Part shown: positions 49,391 to 59,400 of the stretch, piece after piece
Layout of the letters: each line of letters opens with the position of its first letter
How positions within the stretch are numbered: position 1 is the first letter of the stretch
Source of the DNA: an archaeon
GTDB taxonomy: Archaea; Nanobdellota; Nanobdellia; Woesearchaeales; UBA9642
Direction: 5' to 3'
Assembly (NCBI GenBank): GCA_020057295.1
Contig: JAGVGF010000002.1
Coordinates: forward strand, 64,001-128,000
Length of the DNA stretch: 64,000 bases
Program-made: the position numbers and the translations under genes
The notes under the pieces: generated by a model
Seen by the model: the letters and a program-made list of their open reading frames with translations, nothing else
Told to the model about the DNA's origin: nothing
The model's database searches: none

Positions 49391-51099
49391 ATCTTCTTAA
49401 TCATATATGGTCCTTCTAATTCATATCCTGTTTTTCTATAATATTCTCGAACGCCAACTCCTGAAATAATTATCATCTTATTACGATTATTTTGTTTAGC
49501 TATCTCTTCAGCTTTAAGCATAAGTTTTCTTCCTATTCCTTTATGCTGTGTTTTTGTATCTTCAGAAGTTCCAATGCTGACAACTTGTCCGTAAACATGC
49601 AATTCTCTGATTAGTGCTGATGTTTCTGTAATTACTGTATGTAACGTACGATTTGGTATTCTTAATCTTACAAATCCTAGTAATCTATTATCAGATTCCA
49701 TACTAATAAAATATTCTTTACCATCAGAAGCATCATACTCTCTAATAACTAATTCTGGTTCTCCAGTGATTTTGTCAAGTCTGATTTCTCTAGCACTAAT
49801 ATCTCTACCAACTATTTGCCGTTCCTTAGCTAGAGTGTCTACATATTGTCTCAAGTTTGTTCTACCAACACCTGCACTTGTAGCATATGTTGGGATGTCT
49901 CTCTGAATTCTCATAATTCTACAATATTCAGGTATGAATCTTAATGATTCAACTATTATTTCTGCAGCCTCTTCAGTACTTAACGGTTTAAAAATTCCTT
50001 TCTCATACTGTTTTAATAAAGCTGTTCCAGGCATGACCATGCAAGGATATATCTTTAACATGTCAGGTCTAAATGCTGGATCATCAAAAAGAGTTTTTAG
50101 ACTTTGAATATCTTTTTCTAAACTTATTCTTTGATTATTTTCATCTGGTAATCCTGGCATCATATGAAAATTTAACTTAAATCCTAAATCTCTCAAATCT
50201 GCAATAGCTTTCTTAGAATCTTCAATACCATGACCTCTATTTACTGCCTTTAAGATATTATCATAAACTGTCTGTATGCCAAGTTCAATTCTTGTAGCAC
50301 CTAAATTAAGTAGATATATTCCTTGATCTGCAAATGCCCAATCTGGCTTTGTCTCAATTGTTAAACCTATACATCTTATAGCAGCAGTTTCATTAATTTT
50401 ATGTTCCTCTTCCAAACTTTTAATATTCTCTTTTTTTAGTTTCAAGACTTTTTCTTTAATTCTCTCAGTTCTACCTTTATCATTAATATCTCCTGGTAAT
50501 TCAAAAAATTCTTTAAATTTATTAATATCAAATTCTTTAACTCCATTAACTTCTTTGAAAAATTTGGTAGAAAAATCATTATATGCCTTAAATGAAAAAT
50601 AAACATATTCCTCTTGATATTGTCTTGGAAATGCTGTGAATGTTCCTCCCATAATAATCTGATCAACTTTATCGGGGTTTTGTCCGATAACAATATACTG
50701 TTCAAGTCTGTTAAATATTATCCTGTAAGGATCATAATCATTTCTAATTCCACGCATTGTACTTGGTTCTTTCCCAGTATAACTTTTAGGAGTGTCCCCA
50801 AAAAAACTATTTAATCCGCCAGGACAGTAAGTACAAGAACCATGAGGACAATTAATTGGCTTGGTCATCGTAGCAATAACAGTAACTCCAGAAGCAGTTC
50901 TTCCAGGTTTAGTTTGAAGACAAGTTCTAATTATTTGTGCATCATCAGAATTTGCCTGTAAATATATCTCGATATCAGTAGGAATATCTTTAATCTTATA
51001 TTTCTTACACAAATCTTTCTTATGTCTAGCTAACGCTTGTTTATCTGGTTTATTTTCTTTAATCCATTCAATTAATTCATTAAAAATTTCAGCAGTCAT
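49387..51099 (-). CDS. elp3: tRNA uridine(34) acetyltransferase Elp3 (radical SAM + GNAT)
   Basis: RTASGV, CPHGSCTYCPGG, SYTGKEP, IETKPD, KIYP, RIQRDIP, IRELHVYG, QHKGIG, ISGVGVREYY. Confidence 0.95.
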   Translation of the reverse strand: MTAEIFNELIEWIKENKPDKQALARHKKDLCKKYKIKDIPTDIEIYLQANSDDAQIIRTCLQTKPGRTASGVTVIATMTKPINCPHGSCTYCPGGLNSFFGDTPKSYTGKEPSTMRGIRNDYDPYRIIFNRLEQYIVIGQNPDKVDQIIMGGTFTAFPRQYQEEYVYFSFKAYNDFSTKFFKEVNGVKEFDINKFKEFFELPGDINDKGRTERIKEKVLKLKKENIKSLEEEHKINETAAIRCIGLTIETKPDWAFADQGIYLLNLGATRIELGIQTVYDNILKAVNRGHGIEDSKKAIADLRDLGFKLNFHMMPGLPDENNQRISLEKDIQSLKTLFDDPAFRPDMLKIYPCMVMPGTALLKQYEKGIFKPLSTEEAAEIIVESLRFIPEYCRIMRIQRDIPTYATSAGVGRTNLRQYVDTLAKERQIVGRDISAREIRLDKITGEPELVIREYDASDGKEYFISMESDNRLLGFVRLRIPNRTLHTVITETSALIRELHVYGQVVSIGTSEDTKTQHKGIGRKLMLKAEEIAKQNNRNKMIIISGVGVREYYRKTGYELEGPYMIKKI

Positions 51100-51134
51100 A
51101 TTATCACTTTTAGCATATTTAGTATTTTAAAAAA

Positions 51135-51821
51135 TTATTTTTTACTACATGTTTTACAATCCACATTTTTCTTGACATTTATTTTCATCAATGTATTATC
51201 ATTGAAATTTATTCGTAACAATTTATCTTCAATTTTTCCATTAACTAAATAATTTATTGCAATATTTGTAGTCATTGATGCAATCATTACAACAATTGAA
51301 TTTAATACACCTATTTCGCACGATGTTTCTCCGTCTTTGTTTTGTTGCAAACATTCATAGCACGGACTGTTATTTTTATTGTCAACAAAAAATATTGCGC
51401 CGATGTTACTAACCGCTCCTGAATATATCCAATTAATTTTATTTTTATTACAGTATTTATTAATTAATAATCTAGTCTTGACATTATCTGTGCAGTCAAT
51501 AACTAAATCGATATTTTTTGAAATTATTTTTTGAATATTCTTTTCGACCAATTCTTCATTGATGCTTTTTATTTCTGTAAATTGTGATAGTTTTTCTTTA
51601 ACACACGAAACTTTAGATTTTAACAAATCGTTTTTATCATATAATATTTGTCTTTCAAGATTTGTATCATCGACTATATCGTGATCAACGACGATTAATT
51701 TTATTCCAACTCTCGCAAGTAAATTTGCAACAGTACATCCAAGTCCTCCAACACCTACTATCAACACTTGTTTATTTTTTATTTTTTCAGTATTTTTTCC
51801 TAGGACTTTTTTAGTTGACAT
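51135..51821 (-). CDS. E1-like ThiF/MoeB/UbaA adenylyltransferase
   Basis: VGVGGLG, DHDIVDDTNLERQ, DCTDN, PCYEC, TSCEIGV (catalytic Cys), C-terminal CKTC. Confidence 0.9.
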   Translation of the reverse strand: MSTKKVLGKNTEKIKNKQVLIVGVGGLGCTVANLLARVGIKLIVVDHDIVDDTNLERQILYDKNDLLKSKVSCVKEKLSQFTEIKSINEELVEKNIQKIISKNIDLVIDCTDNVKTRLLINKYCNKNKINWIYSGAVSNIGAIFFVDNKNNSPCYECLQQNKDGETSCEIGVLNSIVVMIASMTTNIAINYLVNGKIEDKLLRINFNDNTLMKINVKKNVDCKTCSKK

Positions 51822-52755
51822 TTTTCACCAAAGACAATTCTTCCTCTAACTTACACGAATTACAAACTTCTCCCGAGCATGCATCATTACATTTTTTACA
51901 GTAATTAAATGTTCTCTTTTGTTTTTTTTCTCTATAGTGTTCTTTTAATAAAGGAAGAATTTCTAAAAAAGAATTTACAATTCCGTTCTTTGCTCCAGGC
52001 ATCTTGTTTTCAATTGCATTTATTTCGTCTCGAATTACTGCTCTAAACGACATATTAATATTTGGACATTCAGTAAATTCTACTTTAAATCCTTTTAGCA
52101 ACGCAAATAATCTTGTTTCTTTCTCTAGCATAAAATATAATGGTTTTACTCTAGCAACGAATTTATCATTATTACTTAGTCCAGTTATTGGACCGAGTGA
52201 TGCATTATGCGACATGTTCCCTAGAAGTGTATTCATCATAAAACTTTGCGCTTCATCGTCTAAATTATGTCCTGTTACTAATTTTGTTGCTCCAAGTTCT
52301 CTCGCCGAACGGTTTAGTAATGTTCGACGGAAAATTCCACACACCGTACACGGTTTTTTATTACGTTCAGTTATTGCTTTATCTTTTATATTATCTAGTG
52401 TATCTCCAAATTTATCTTTGAATGATACAACATGCAATTTAACATCATACTTCTCGCAGAAAATTCTTAAATCATCTAGTGTATGATCTCTATATCCTGC
52501 TATTCCCTCATCAATTGCTAAAGCAAAGCATTCTATGTCATATTTTTTACAGTAAAGATTTGTCATATACAAAACTGCAAGAGAATCTTTTCCCCCAGAT
52601 GTTGCAACACAAACTTTATCACCTTTTTCTAAGAGATTATTTCTGCTAATAGTTTTTGTAACTTTGCTTTCAAAATATTCTAAGAAGTGTGATTTACAAT
52701 AATTCTGTCCTTGTCCAGCATATACTGCTTTTTTATCGCATTTAGTGCATTTCAT
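51811..52755 (-). CDS. ncsA: tRNA 2-thiouridine synthetase (NcsA/TtuA/Ncs6 family)
   Basis: N-terminal CTKC..C..H Zn finger, SGGKDS PP-loop, PCTVCGIFRR, TGHNLDDE, ECP, C-terminal CKKC...CNSC. Confidence 0.9.
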   Translation of the reverse strand: MKCTKCDKKAVYAGQGQNYCKSHFLEYFESKVTKTISRNNLLEKGDKVCVATSGGKDSLAVLYMTNLYCKKYDIECFALAIDEGIAGYRDHTLDDLRIFCEKYDVKLHVVSFKDKFGDTLDNIKDKAITERNKKPCTVCGIFRRTLLNRSARELGATKLVTGHNLDDEAQSFMMNTLLGNMSHNASLGPITGLSNNDKFVARVKPLYFMLEKETRLFALLKGFKVEFTECPNINMSFRAVIRDEINAIENKMPGAKNGIVNSFLEILPLLKEHYREKKQKRTFNYCKKCNDACSGEVCNSCKLEEELSLVKNVN

Positions 52756-52826
52756 TTTTTATCCTCTGTATTTGTGTATTCGAAATAAAAAATGAAATTT
52801 TGAACGTAGTGAATATATTTCATTTC

Positions 52827-53024
52827 TTATCCGCCGCTAACGACAGATAATATTTTTATATCATCGTCGTTCTCTAATATTTCATCCTCTAATACTACTT
52901 CATCGTTTTTTACAATTAAAACTGTAGATGAATTTATTTTCAAATTTTCAAGAAGCTGTTTACCTGTAATTTTATCAAATTTTAAATTCAAAGACCTACT
53001 ATCTTTTTCTACAAAAACTTTCAT
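52827..53024 (-). CDS. Ubiquitin-like sulfur carrier (SAMP/ThiS/MoaD family)
   Basis: 65 aa, beta-grasp pattern, C-terminal VVSGG. Confidence 0.9.
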   Translation of the reverse strand: MKVFVEKDSRSLNLKFDKITGKQLLENLKINSSTVLIVKNDEVVLEDEILENDDDIKILSVVSGG

Positions 53025-53149
53025 TTTATCTCCCTGAGACTAATTCCCAGTTCAATGATGGAAATAAAATTGTCTTTATAAATTTGACCCTCTTTTATTT
53101 GTTATAAATAATCACAACATTTTTATTCTTGTGGCTCTAAATAATATTA

Positions 53150-54028
53150 ATGGCTTCGGGTAAAAAGACGGTGACGAGTATTCCTAAACTAGTCAAATAC
53201 AAATTTAGTTGGGGAGAACAGGCACCTGTATCAGGAATATATGAGTGTTCTATATGTGAGAATTTGGAGGCATTCAAGAAAGGAGAATTCTTTGCGCAAT
53301 GTCAAGAATGTATTAATACTCACGAAGAAAAAGAGAACAAATGGTATGTAACCAATGATTTTGTTTTTTTCATGTCAAAAAATTCTAACGAAGAGTTTGA
53401 AGAAGAAGCAAGCTTTCATATGAAAATTGCACACATCATTAGTGAATGGGCAGGAAATATATGGTTTGTATATTTACACATTATTTGGTTTGGTGTATGG
53501 ATACTCGCCAATGATGGTGCGTTTGGTTTAGTATATATTTTTGATCCATTTCCTTACGGACTTCTAACAATGATAGTATCGTTGGAAGCAATATTCTTAT
53601 CAACATTTATTTTAATGAGTCAGAATTTGTTATCTCAAAAAACGGAATTAAGATCAGAGCATGAATATCAGGTAAATCTTGAAGCGGAAAGAAATGTTGC
53701 AGAGATATATGCCATTGTTAAAGAAATGAAAGAAAATATTAAACTAAATCAAGCTGCTGTAGAAGAAATACGTGATACAATACACACTATGGCTTCTGCA
53801 AGCACTCCAGATTCTACACAAACTGAACCAACAGTGGATAGTGTTCCATTAGAAGCAATAGAGAAGGAACATTTCGAAGAGCATGAACAGTTACTTGAAG
53901 AAGCAGGCATAGATGTAATCCCAGAATCAGCACCGCCAGTAGTTTTAGAGGAACAGATACGAAAAAAACGTGGAAGAAAAAAGAAATTAGTAGAAGAAAC
54001 TGTCGAAGACAAATTTGAGAATATGTGA
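53150..54028 (+). CDS. DUF1003-family membrane protein with N-terminal Zn ribbon and acidic tail
   Basis: FDPFPYGLLTMIVSLEAIFLSTFILMSQN signature; APVSGIYECSIC...CQEC at the N-terminus. Confidence 0.8.
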   Translation: MASGKKTVTSIPKLVKYKFSWGEQAPVSGIYECSICENLEAFKKGEFFAQCQECINTHEEKENKWYVTNDFVFFMSKNSNEEFEEEASFHMKIAHIISEWAGNIWFVYLHIIWFGVWILANDGAFGLVYIFDPFPYGLLTMIVSLEAIFLSTFILMSQNLLSQKTELRSEHEYQVNLEAERNVAEIYAIVKEMKENIKLNQAAVEEIRDTIHTMASASTPDSTQTEPTVDSVPLEAIEKEHFEEHEQLLEEAGIDVIPESAPPVVLEEQIRKKRGRKKKLVEETVEDKFENM

Positions 54029-55543
54029 TTACTTAATAATACTTTTACCTGTCATTTCTTTTGGACTCTTTATATCCATAATTTTTAGTACAGTTGGTGC
54101 TATATCTTTTAACCCGCAACCTTTTTTTAACTTTATTTTTTGTAATTTTTGGTCTTTAGAAACAACTATGAATGGTATAGGATTAGTAGTATGACTTGTT
54201 GCCCATTTTGGACTTTTATCCTCGACATTTCCATGATCTGCAAATACTAATAGTATATAGTTGTGTTCTAATCCTGCTTTGATGATTTTTCCTAATGCTG
54301 TATCAACAGCAATGACTGCTTTGCGAATAGCTTCTTTTATTCCAGTATGACCGACCATATCTCCATTAACTAAATTTGTAACAATTAAATCATATTTTTC
54401 TGTGTTAATCTCTTGAACCAGTCTATCTGTAACTTCATATACGCTCATCTCAGGTTTCAAATCATATGTTGCAACCTTTGGTGAAGGTATTAAAATTCTT
54501 TCTTCGTTAGAATTTGGTTGTTCAGTTTGTCCGTTGAAAAAGAATGTTATGTGTGCATATTTTTCAGTTTCAGATATTCTTAATTGTTTTAATCCGCTCT
54601 GTGCTATGACTTCTCCAAGCAAATTTTTAAGTTTTTCATCTTTGAATGCCACGTTACAATTCATAGGATCATAATATTGTGTCATAGCTACATAAAAAAT
54701 ATTTTTTTTAGTTCTTTGCCAACCATCAAAATTGTTTTCAACCATTGCTTGAGTGAATTGTCTTGGTCTATCTGTTCTAAAATTATAGAATATCATTGAG
54801 TCATTATCTTTAACTCCGCTGTACCATTCAGCTTTTCTAGGAATTATGAATTCATCATTCTCTTTATTTGCATGACATGTTTTTATTTGTTGCATCGCAT
54901 CTTTAAATTTTTCCGTACATTGACCATCAATAATACAATCATATGCTTGTTTTGTTCTTTCCCATCTTTTATCTCTATCCATGGTGTAATATCTTCCAGA
55001 TATAGTAACAATTTTTCCAACACTTACTTTTTTAATCTTATCTATAAGTTTCTTAACATGTTTCTCACTATCTGTTACTGGTGCATCTCTTCCATCGGTT
55101 ATTACATGTATATACACATCGTTAAATTTTTCCTTCTTACATAAATCAAGTATTGCGAATAAGTGATCTTCGTGTGCGTGAACTCCTTCTACTTGAAGTA
55201 ATCCAATAATGTGTAAATTGCTTTTATTTTTTTTACAATTTTCTATCGCTTTCAAGAATTCAGGTATCTTAAAGAACACTTTATCTTTTATGCTCTTGTT
55301 GATTTTTTCTAGTGACTGAAATATTATTCTTCCAGATCCAATAGTCATATGTCCTACTTCAGAATTACCTTGGTATCCTTTTGGCACACCTACGGCTTCA
55401 CCAGAAGCATCTAATAGTACATTAGGATAATTATTCATTATTTTATCTGTGTTTGGAGTTGGAACTTCGAAAAGGGCATTATTTTTTTTGTTTTTTCTGT
55501 ATCCCCATCCATCTCGTATTACTAGAATAACTTTGTTTTTCAT
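54029..55543 (-). CDS. gpmI: 2,3-bisphosphoglycerate-independent phosphoglycerate mutase
   Basis: DGWG, GNSEVGH, DGRD, GRYYTMDRD, NFRTDR, ETEKYAH, DMVGHTG, ADHGN. Confidence 0.95.
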   Translation of the reverse strand: MKNKVILVIRDGWGYRKNKKNNALFEVPTPNTDKIMNNYPNVLLDASGEAVGVPKGYQGNSEVGHMTIGSGRIIFQSLEKINKSIKDKVFFKIPEFLKAIENCKKNKSNLHIIGLLQVEGVHAHEDHLFAILDLCKKEKFNDVYIHVITDGRDAPVTDSEKHVKKLIDKIKKVSVGKIVTISGRYYTMDRDKRWERTKQAYDCIIDGQCTEKFKDAMQQIKTCHANKENDEFIIPRKAEWYSGVKDNDSMIFYNFRTDRPRQFTQAMVENNFDGWQRTKKNIFYVAMTQYYDPMNCNVAFKDEKLKNLLGEVIAQSGLKQLRISETEKYAHITFFFNGQTEQPNSNEERILIPSPKVATYDLKPEMSVYEVTDRLVQEINTEKYDLIVTNLVNGDMVGHTGIKEAIRKAVIAVDTALGKIIKAGLEHNYILLVFADHGNVEDKSPKWATSHTTNPIPFIVVSKDQKLQKIKLKKGCGLKDIAPTVLKIMDIKSPKEMTGKSIIK

Positions 55544-55784
55544 ATTTTTTTCTGTATCTTTGTTTTATATAAATCTTTTTAATGTTAAATCTGTGCTTAT
55601 TTTTCTATGTGTGTACAAAAGACTAAAAATATTACATGAAGATTACATAAAGCATACATTAAGATTACTGTCTGTTTTTGCTCTTATTGTTATCTTAAAT
55701 AGTAATCTTTATAAATCCTAAGCTCCAGTTATATGGAATACATTAGAAATACAATTATTGAATAAAAGGTTAACATTAAGCATA

Positions 55785-55923
55785 CATGGACTTTGGTGGG
55801 GACCAAGGTTTTAATCCATGAGAGAATTACAAGAACGACATCCATAACAAATATGCTCAGTGGCCGCTGCCGGGAATAAATCCACGTCCAAGAATTTTCC
55901 AAGCAATCCTCCAGGTGGCGGTC
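55785..55923 (+). ncRNA. Putative structured RNA / 5' leader with two helices
   Basis: CATGGA-CTTTGGT-GGGG-ACCAAGG-(6 nt)-TCCATG hairpin (55785-55820) and GGCCGCTGCC/GGTGGCGGTC 10-bp helix with G-U pairs (55862-55923); GC-rich against its surroundings; TTTATAAA at 55708-55715. Confidence 0.45.
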
Positions 55924-55946
55924 CTAAAATTTAAGTGACTAGCAAA

Positions 55947-56105
55947 ATGAGTGAGAAAATAGAAACCGTTAACATCCGTTTATCCCCTGAATTAATTAAG
56001 ATTATAGATTCCTTAATTGCACAAGGACTATATAGTTCTCGAAGTGAATTTATTCGTGATATATGTAGGAATTATGTTCTAGAAGAGAGGTATAAGAATG
56101 AGTAA
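55947..56105 (+). CDS. Ribbon-helix-helix (CopG/Arc/MetJ) DNA-binding protein, 52 aa
   Basis: Manual translation MSEKIETVNIRLSPELIKIIDSLIAQGLYSSRSEFIRDICRNYVLEERYKNE; classic VNIRL...G.Y.SRSEFIR pattern; below the ORF-track cutoff. Confidence 0.85.
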   Translation: MSEKIETVNIRLSPELIKIIDSLIAQGLYSSRSEFIRDICRNYVLEERYKNE

Positions 56106-56427
56106 GACTCTCTCCAAAACTCGTAAGGACACAATTGTTTCTGTACGTCTGCCTAAAAGTTTAGTCGAAGAACTAAAAGATATTCAGCAAATAAATCATT
56201 TCATGGATTTAAGCGATGAGATAAGGTTTGTTGTTCGAAGATATTGTTTAAGCTTCCTAAATAGTCAGGATCAAAATTTAACACAAGCAAAACCTCCTAT
56301 AGAATTACTTGCAGAACAAAAACGTAAAGAAAAATTAATTGACGATCTTTCAAAAATTATTGAAAACTTAAAGGGAAACAAACAAACTATACCCGCTAAT
56401 CAAAATCAAAACAATTCAAATGAATAA
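56098..56427 (+). CDS. Second ribbon-helix-helix protein with C-terminal helical extension
   Basis: VSVRLPKSLVEELK...HFMDLSDEIRFVVR; overlaps both neighbours by 8 nt. Confidence 0.7.
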   Translation: MSKTLSKTRKDTIVSVRLPKSLVEELKDIQQINHFMDLSDEIRFVVRRYCLSFLNSQDQNLTQAKPPIELLAEQKRKEKLIDDLSKIIENLKGNKQTIPANQNQNNSNE

Positions 56428-59400
56428 AAAAACAATCATCGGAATAGGAATATTCGTTATTTTAGTTACACTACTATTAACATTCGGATTAACTAAAACA
56501 GTAAATGCACAATCAATAATAACAAACAACAGCAATACAGCATTAAATAGCATAACATATCAATTAGATATTGCTGAGTTAAATCTTTCAAACATCAACA
56601 ATATGCAGTTCGATTCAAACACTAATACAACCACCATAACTAATATTAGTAATATAATAAATTATGAATGTAGTTTAGGAATAAATAATTATACTTATCT
56701 AAATGGAGGATCAACAACAACGTTAAACGCTTTAATAAATATAATGCAATCGTTAAACATTACATTAACAGATAATTATTATGCTTTGGCATTAAATTGT
56801 ACATATAATATAACTTCATTTAACACAACCACATATATTGTTTTATATTATAATGAAACGAGCAATGATACATACAACATTACTAATATCTCATCATATA
56901 ATGTTTCATCACAAACATTCATTCCTACAATAAAAAATATTTTAGTAGATACAAGCAATCCTATGATTTTATTGTATGCTCCAATAAATAGTAGCATATA
57001 TACAAATAATTCCAACACCACTGTTACACTAAATTTCACGATTAGTGATTTATCACAAACAAACTGTACGTTGTCTTTGAACAATAATACCGATAATTTA
57101 CAATCTAATATTACTAGTATTCAATATATTTTGCCTTTAGGAAATTACACATATAATCTATCTTGTATAGATGCGTTAAATAATTCAAACCTCAACAGTT
57201 CAAACTTTAAGGTATTAAGTAATGTGACACCTGTAGAAGATGTATTCTTAAACATTCAATTAACAAAACCCTCATTTGGTTTAGGTGAGATTGGACAGTA
57301 TATTATTAATGCAAATAATAATTCCAATGTTACAATAACCATTTGTCCTGTGGCTTCTGGATGGGTGCAATGTTATGTTACTCCTGTATTTGTAAATTAT
57401 ACTTATCCGCTAACACAAGCATTACCTTATACTAATAAAACTGGAAAGTATATGATTCAAGCCGTAATGAATTACAAAAATTATACTCTAAGCACCAATA
57501 CAACATACGATACAGCAAATACAATTACTGCTACTATAACTGCATCAAACATTACTGTTGGTGTTGGTAGTATAATAACATTCAATGCCGTAGCAAGTGG
57601 AGGAATTGGAACTTACTCTTACAAATGGACAATGCATGATAATACAAGATTTGATGGAACGTCCGCATATAAGAATTACACTTCATCAGGCACTTACAAA
57701 GTGAACTTGAATGTTAATGATAGTCAGGGAAATCAATACAATACATCAATAGATGTAGTAATAAAAAATTATTATACACTAACCGTTGTGGTTACAGATA
57801 AAGACACAGGTTCAAGAATTACTGATTCAAAAGTAGAAGTGAATAATGATATAAGACAAACAGATAGTAATGGTATAGCAACATTTAGACTATTAGACAA
57901 TTCATATGATATATATGTTTCAAAAAACAATTACGGAGGATATGTTAATAGTGTAGGATTGAGTGCTGATCGAACAGTATATATGAATATGTCATTCCAG
58001 GATGTTGTACCTCCAAGAATTACTTTATTAACTGATAATGATTTCGTATTCTCTCAAGATAATGTTAAATTAAAGTTTAAGGCTGATGATGCTACAAATG
58101 TTGCTTGTTCACTATACACAGCATCAATGAACGATAGTTGGTATACTCTAAAAGATTCTGGAGATAATTTACTTGCAAACACTGAATACACATTTGAGCT
58201 TACAAATTTATCATATGGAGGCTACAAGTGGCGTGTAGAATGTTTTGATACAGAAAAGAATAAAGGTGTTAGTGAAGAGAGAAAGTTTGTGATATCAGAT
58301 AGTAATACAGCTCTAGTCTTACAATATACTAACAGCAATTCTGATGCCATAAATACTGCATTAGATAATCTGAATAAGTTATCTGGTGAAGAATCAGAAG
58401 TTGCTGATATATTAACTGTACGTGAAGATTTAAAAGATTTGCTTGAAAGAATCAACAGAATGGACAAAGATATTCATGATCTAGCTTTCAGAAGAGATTT
58501 GGATGAAAAAGGAAAACAGGACGTTCAACAAAACCTTACCCAAACCTTAGAATATATGAAATATAATACTCCAATAAATATACAAATCAGTGATTCTAAA
58601 ACTTTTGTAAAATATATCAAGGATATTGATTTAAACATATTGCTTGAAGAGTATATAAGCATAAAGAATATGAATGTTAACAAAAAAGCATTCTTGGAAT
58701 CAACTAAGAGTGTTCAATCTAAAGCAGTAATTTCTACACGTGTAAGAAGTGTGGTATTACATTATCTTGATGGTAAAACTAAAGAAATAACTTTAGTCAC
58801 AAAAACTATTAAACCATCAACTTCAGATGATGAATTATTGTTTGAAAATTCTAAAACTATAACTTTTGTAGAAGTCGTTCCTAAAAGTATTGCATCATCT
58901 ATGAAACAATTGAACATGTTAAATAAAGAGTACACGGTCCTCAAAGATGATCCTGTTATAGAATTTGCCCCAAATATTAAAACTATAAATTATTATATTG
59001 ATAAAAAGGTTGATGCTCAAGATTTCCAAAAAGTTGATACTGTAATAATTGATAAAAATATTAATGCTTTAAGATCTCCTACAGGATTGGCAATACTTGG
59101 TGTTGATAATATTTCTGATATTCCTATAGATGGTCAAACTATAATGATAGTACTAATTTTAGTGTTGTTAATGTTCTATTTGGTTTTACATTTCGAATTA
59201 ATAGATAAATTACGTAGTATAGGATTTGGATCAAAAAAGAAAATCACGTATGTTAAAGTTTTAATTAACGATGCTCTCGATTATTTGGAGGCTGAAGATT
59301 ATGAGAAAGCAGCATTCGTATATAGAGAGATAAAATTATCTTATGAAAGTTCAAATAGTTTTGTTAGAAAAAAGGTATATACTGAATCTTATGAATTATG

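Noticed and set aside
55786-55938. Possible UGA read-through ORF (MDFGGDQGFNP*ENYK...), i.e. selenocysteine or an alternative code
   Set aside because: TGA acts as a normal stop elsewhere (15740, 17591, 19904, 40421), and base-pairing explains the region better
55947-56427. Type II toxin-antitoxin module
   Set aside because: Both genes look like RHH proteins; no PIN, RelE or other toxin motif follows
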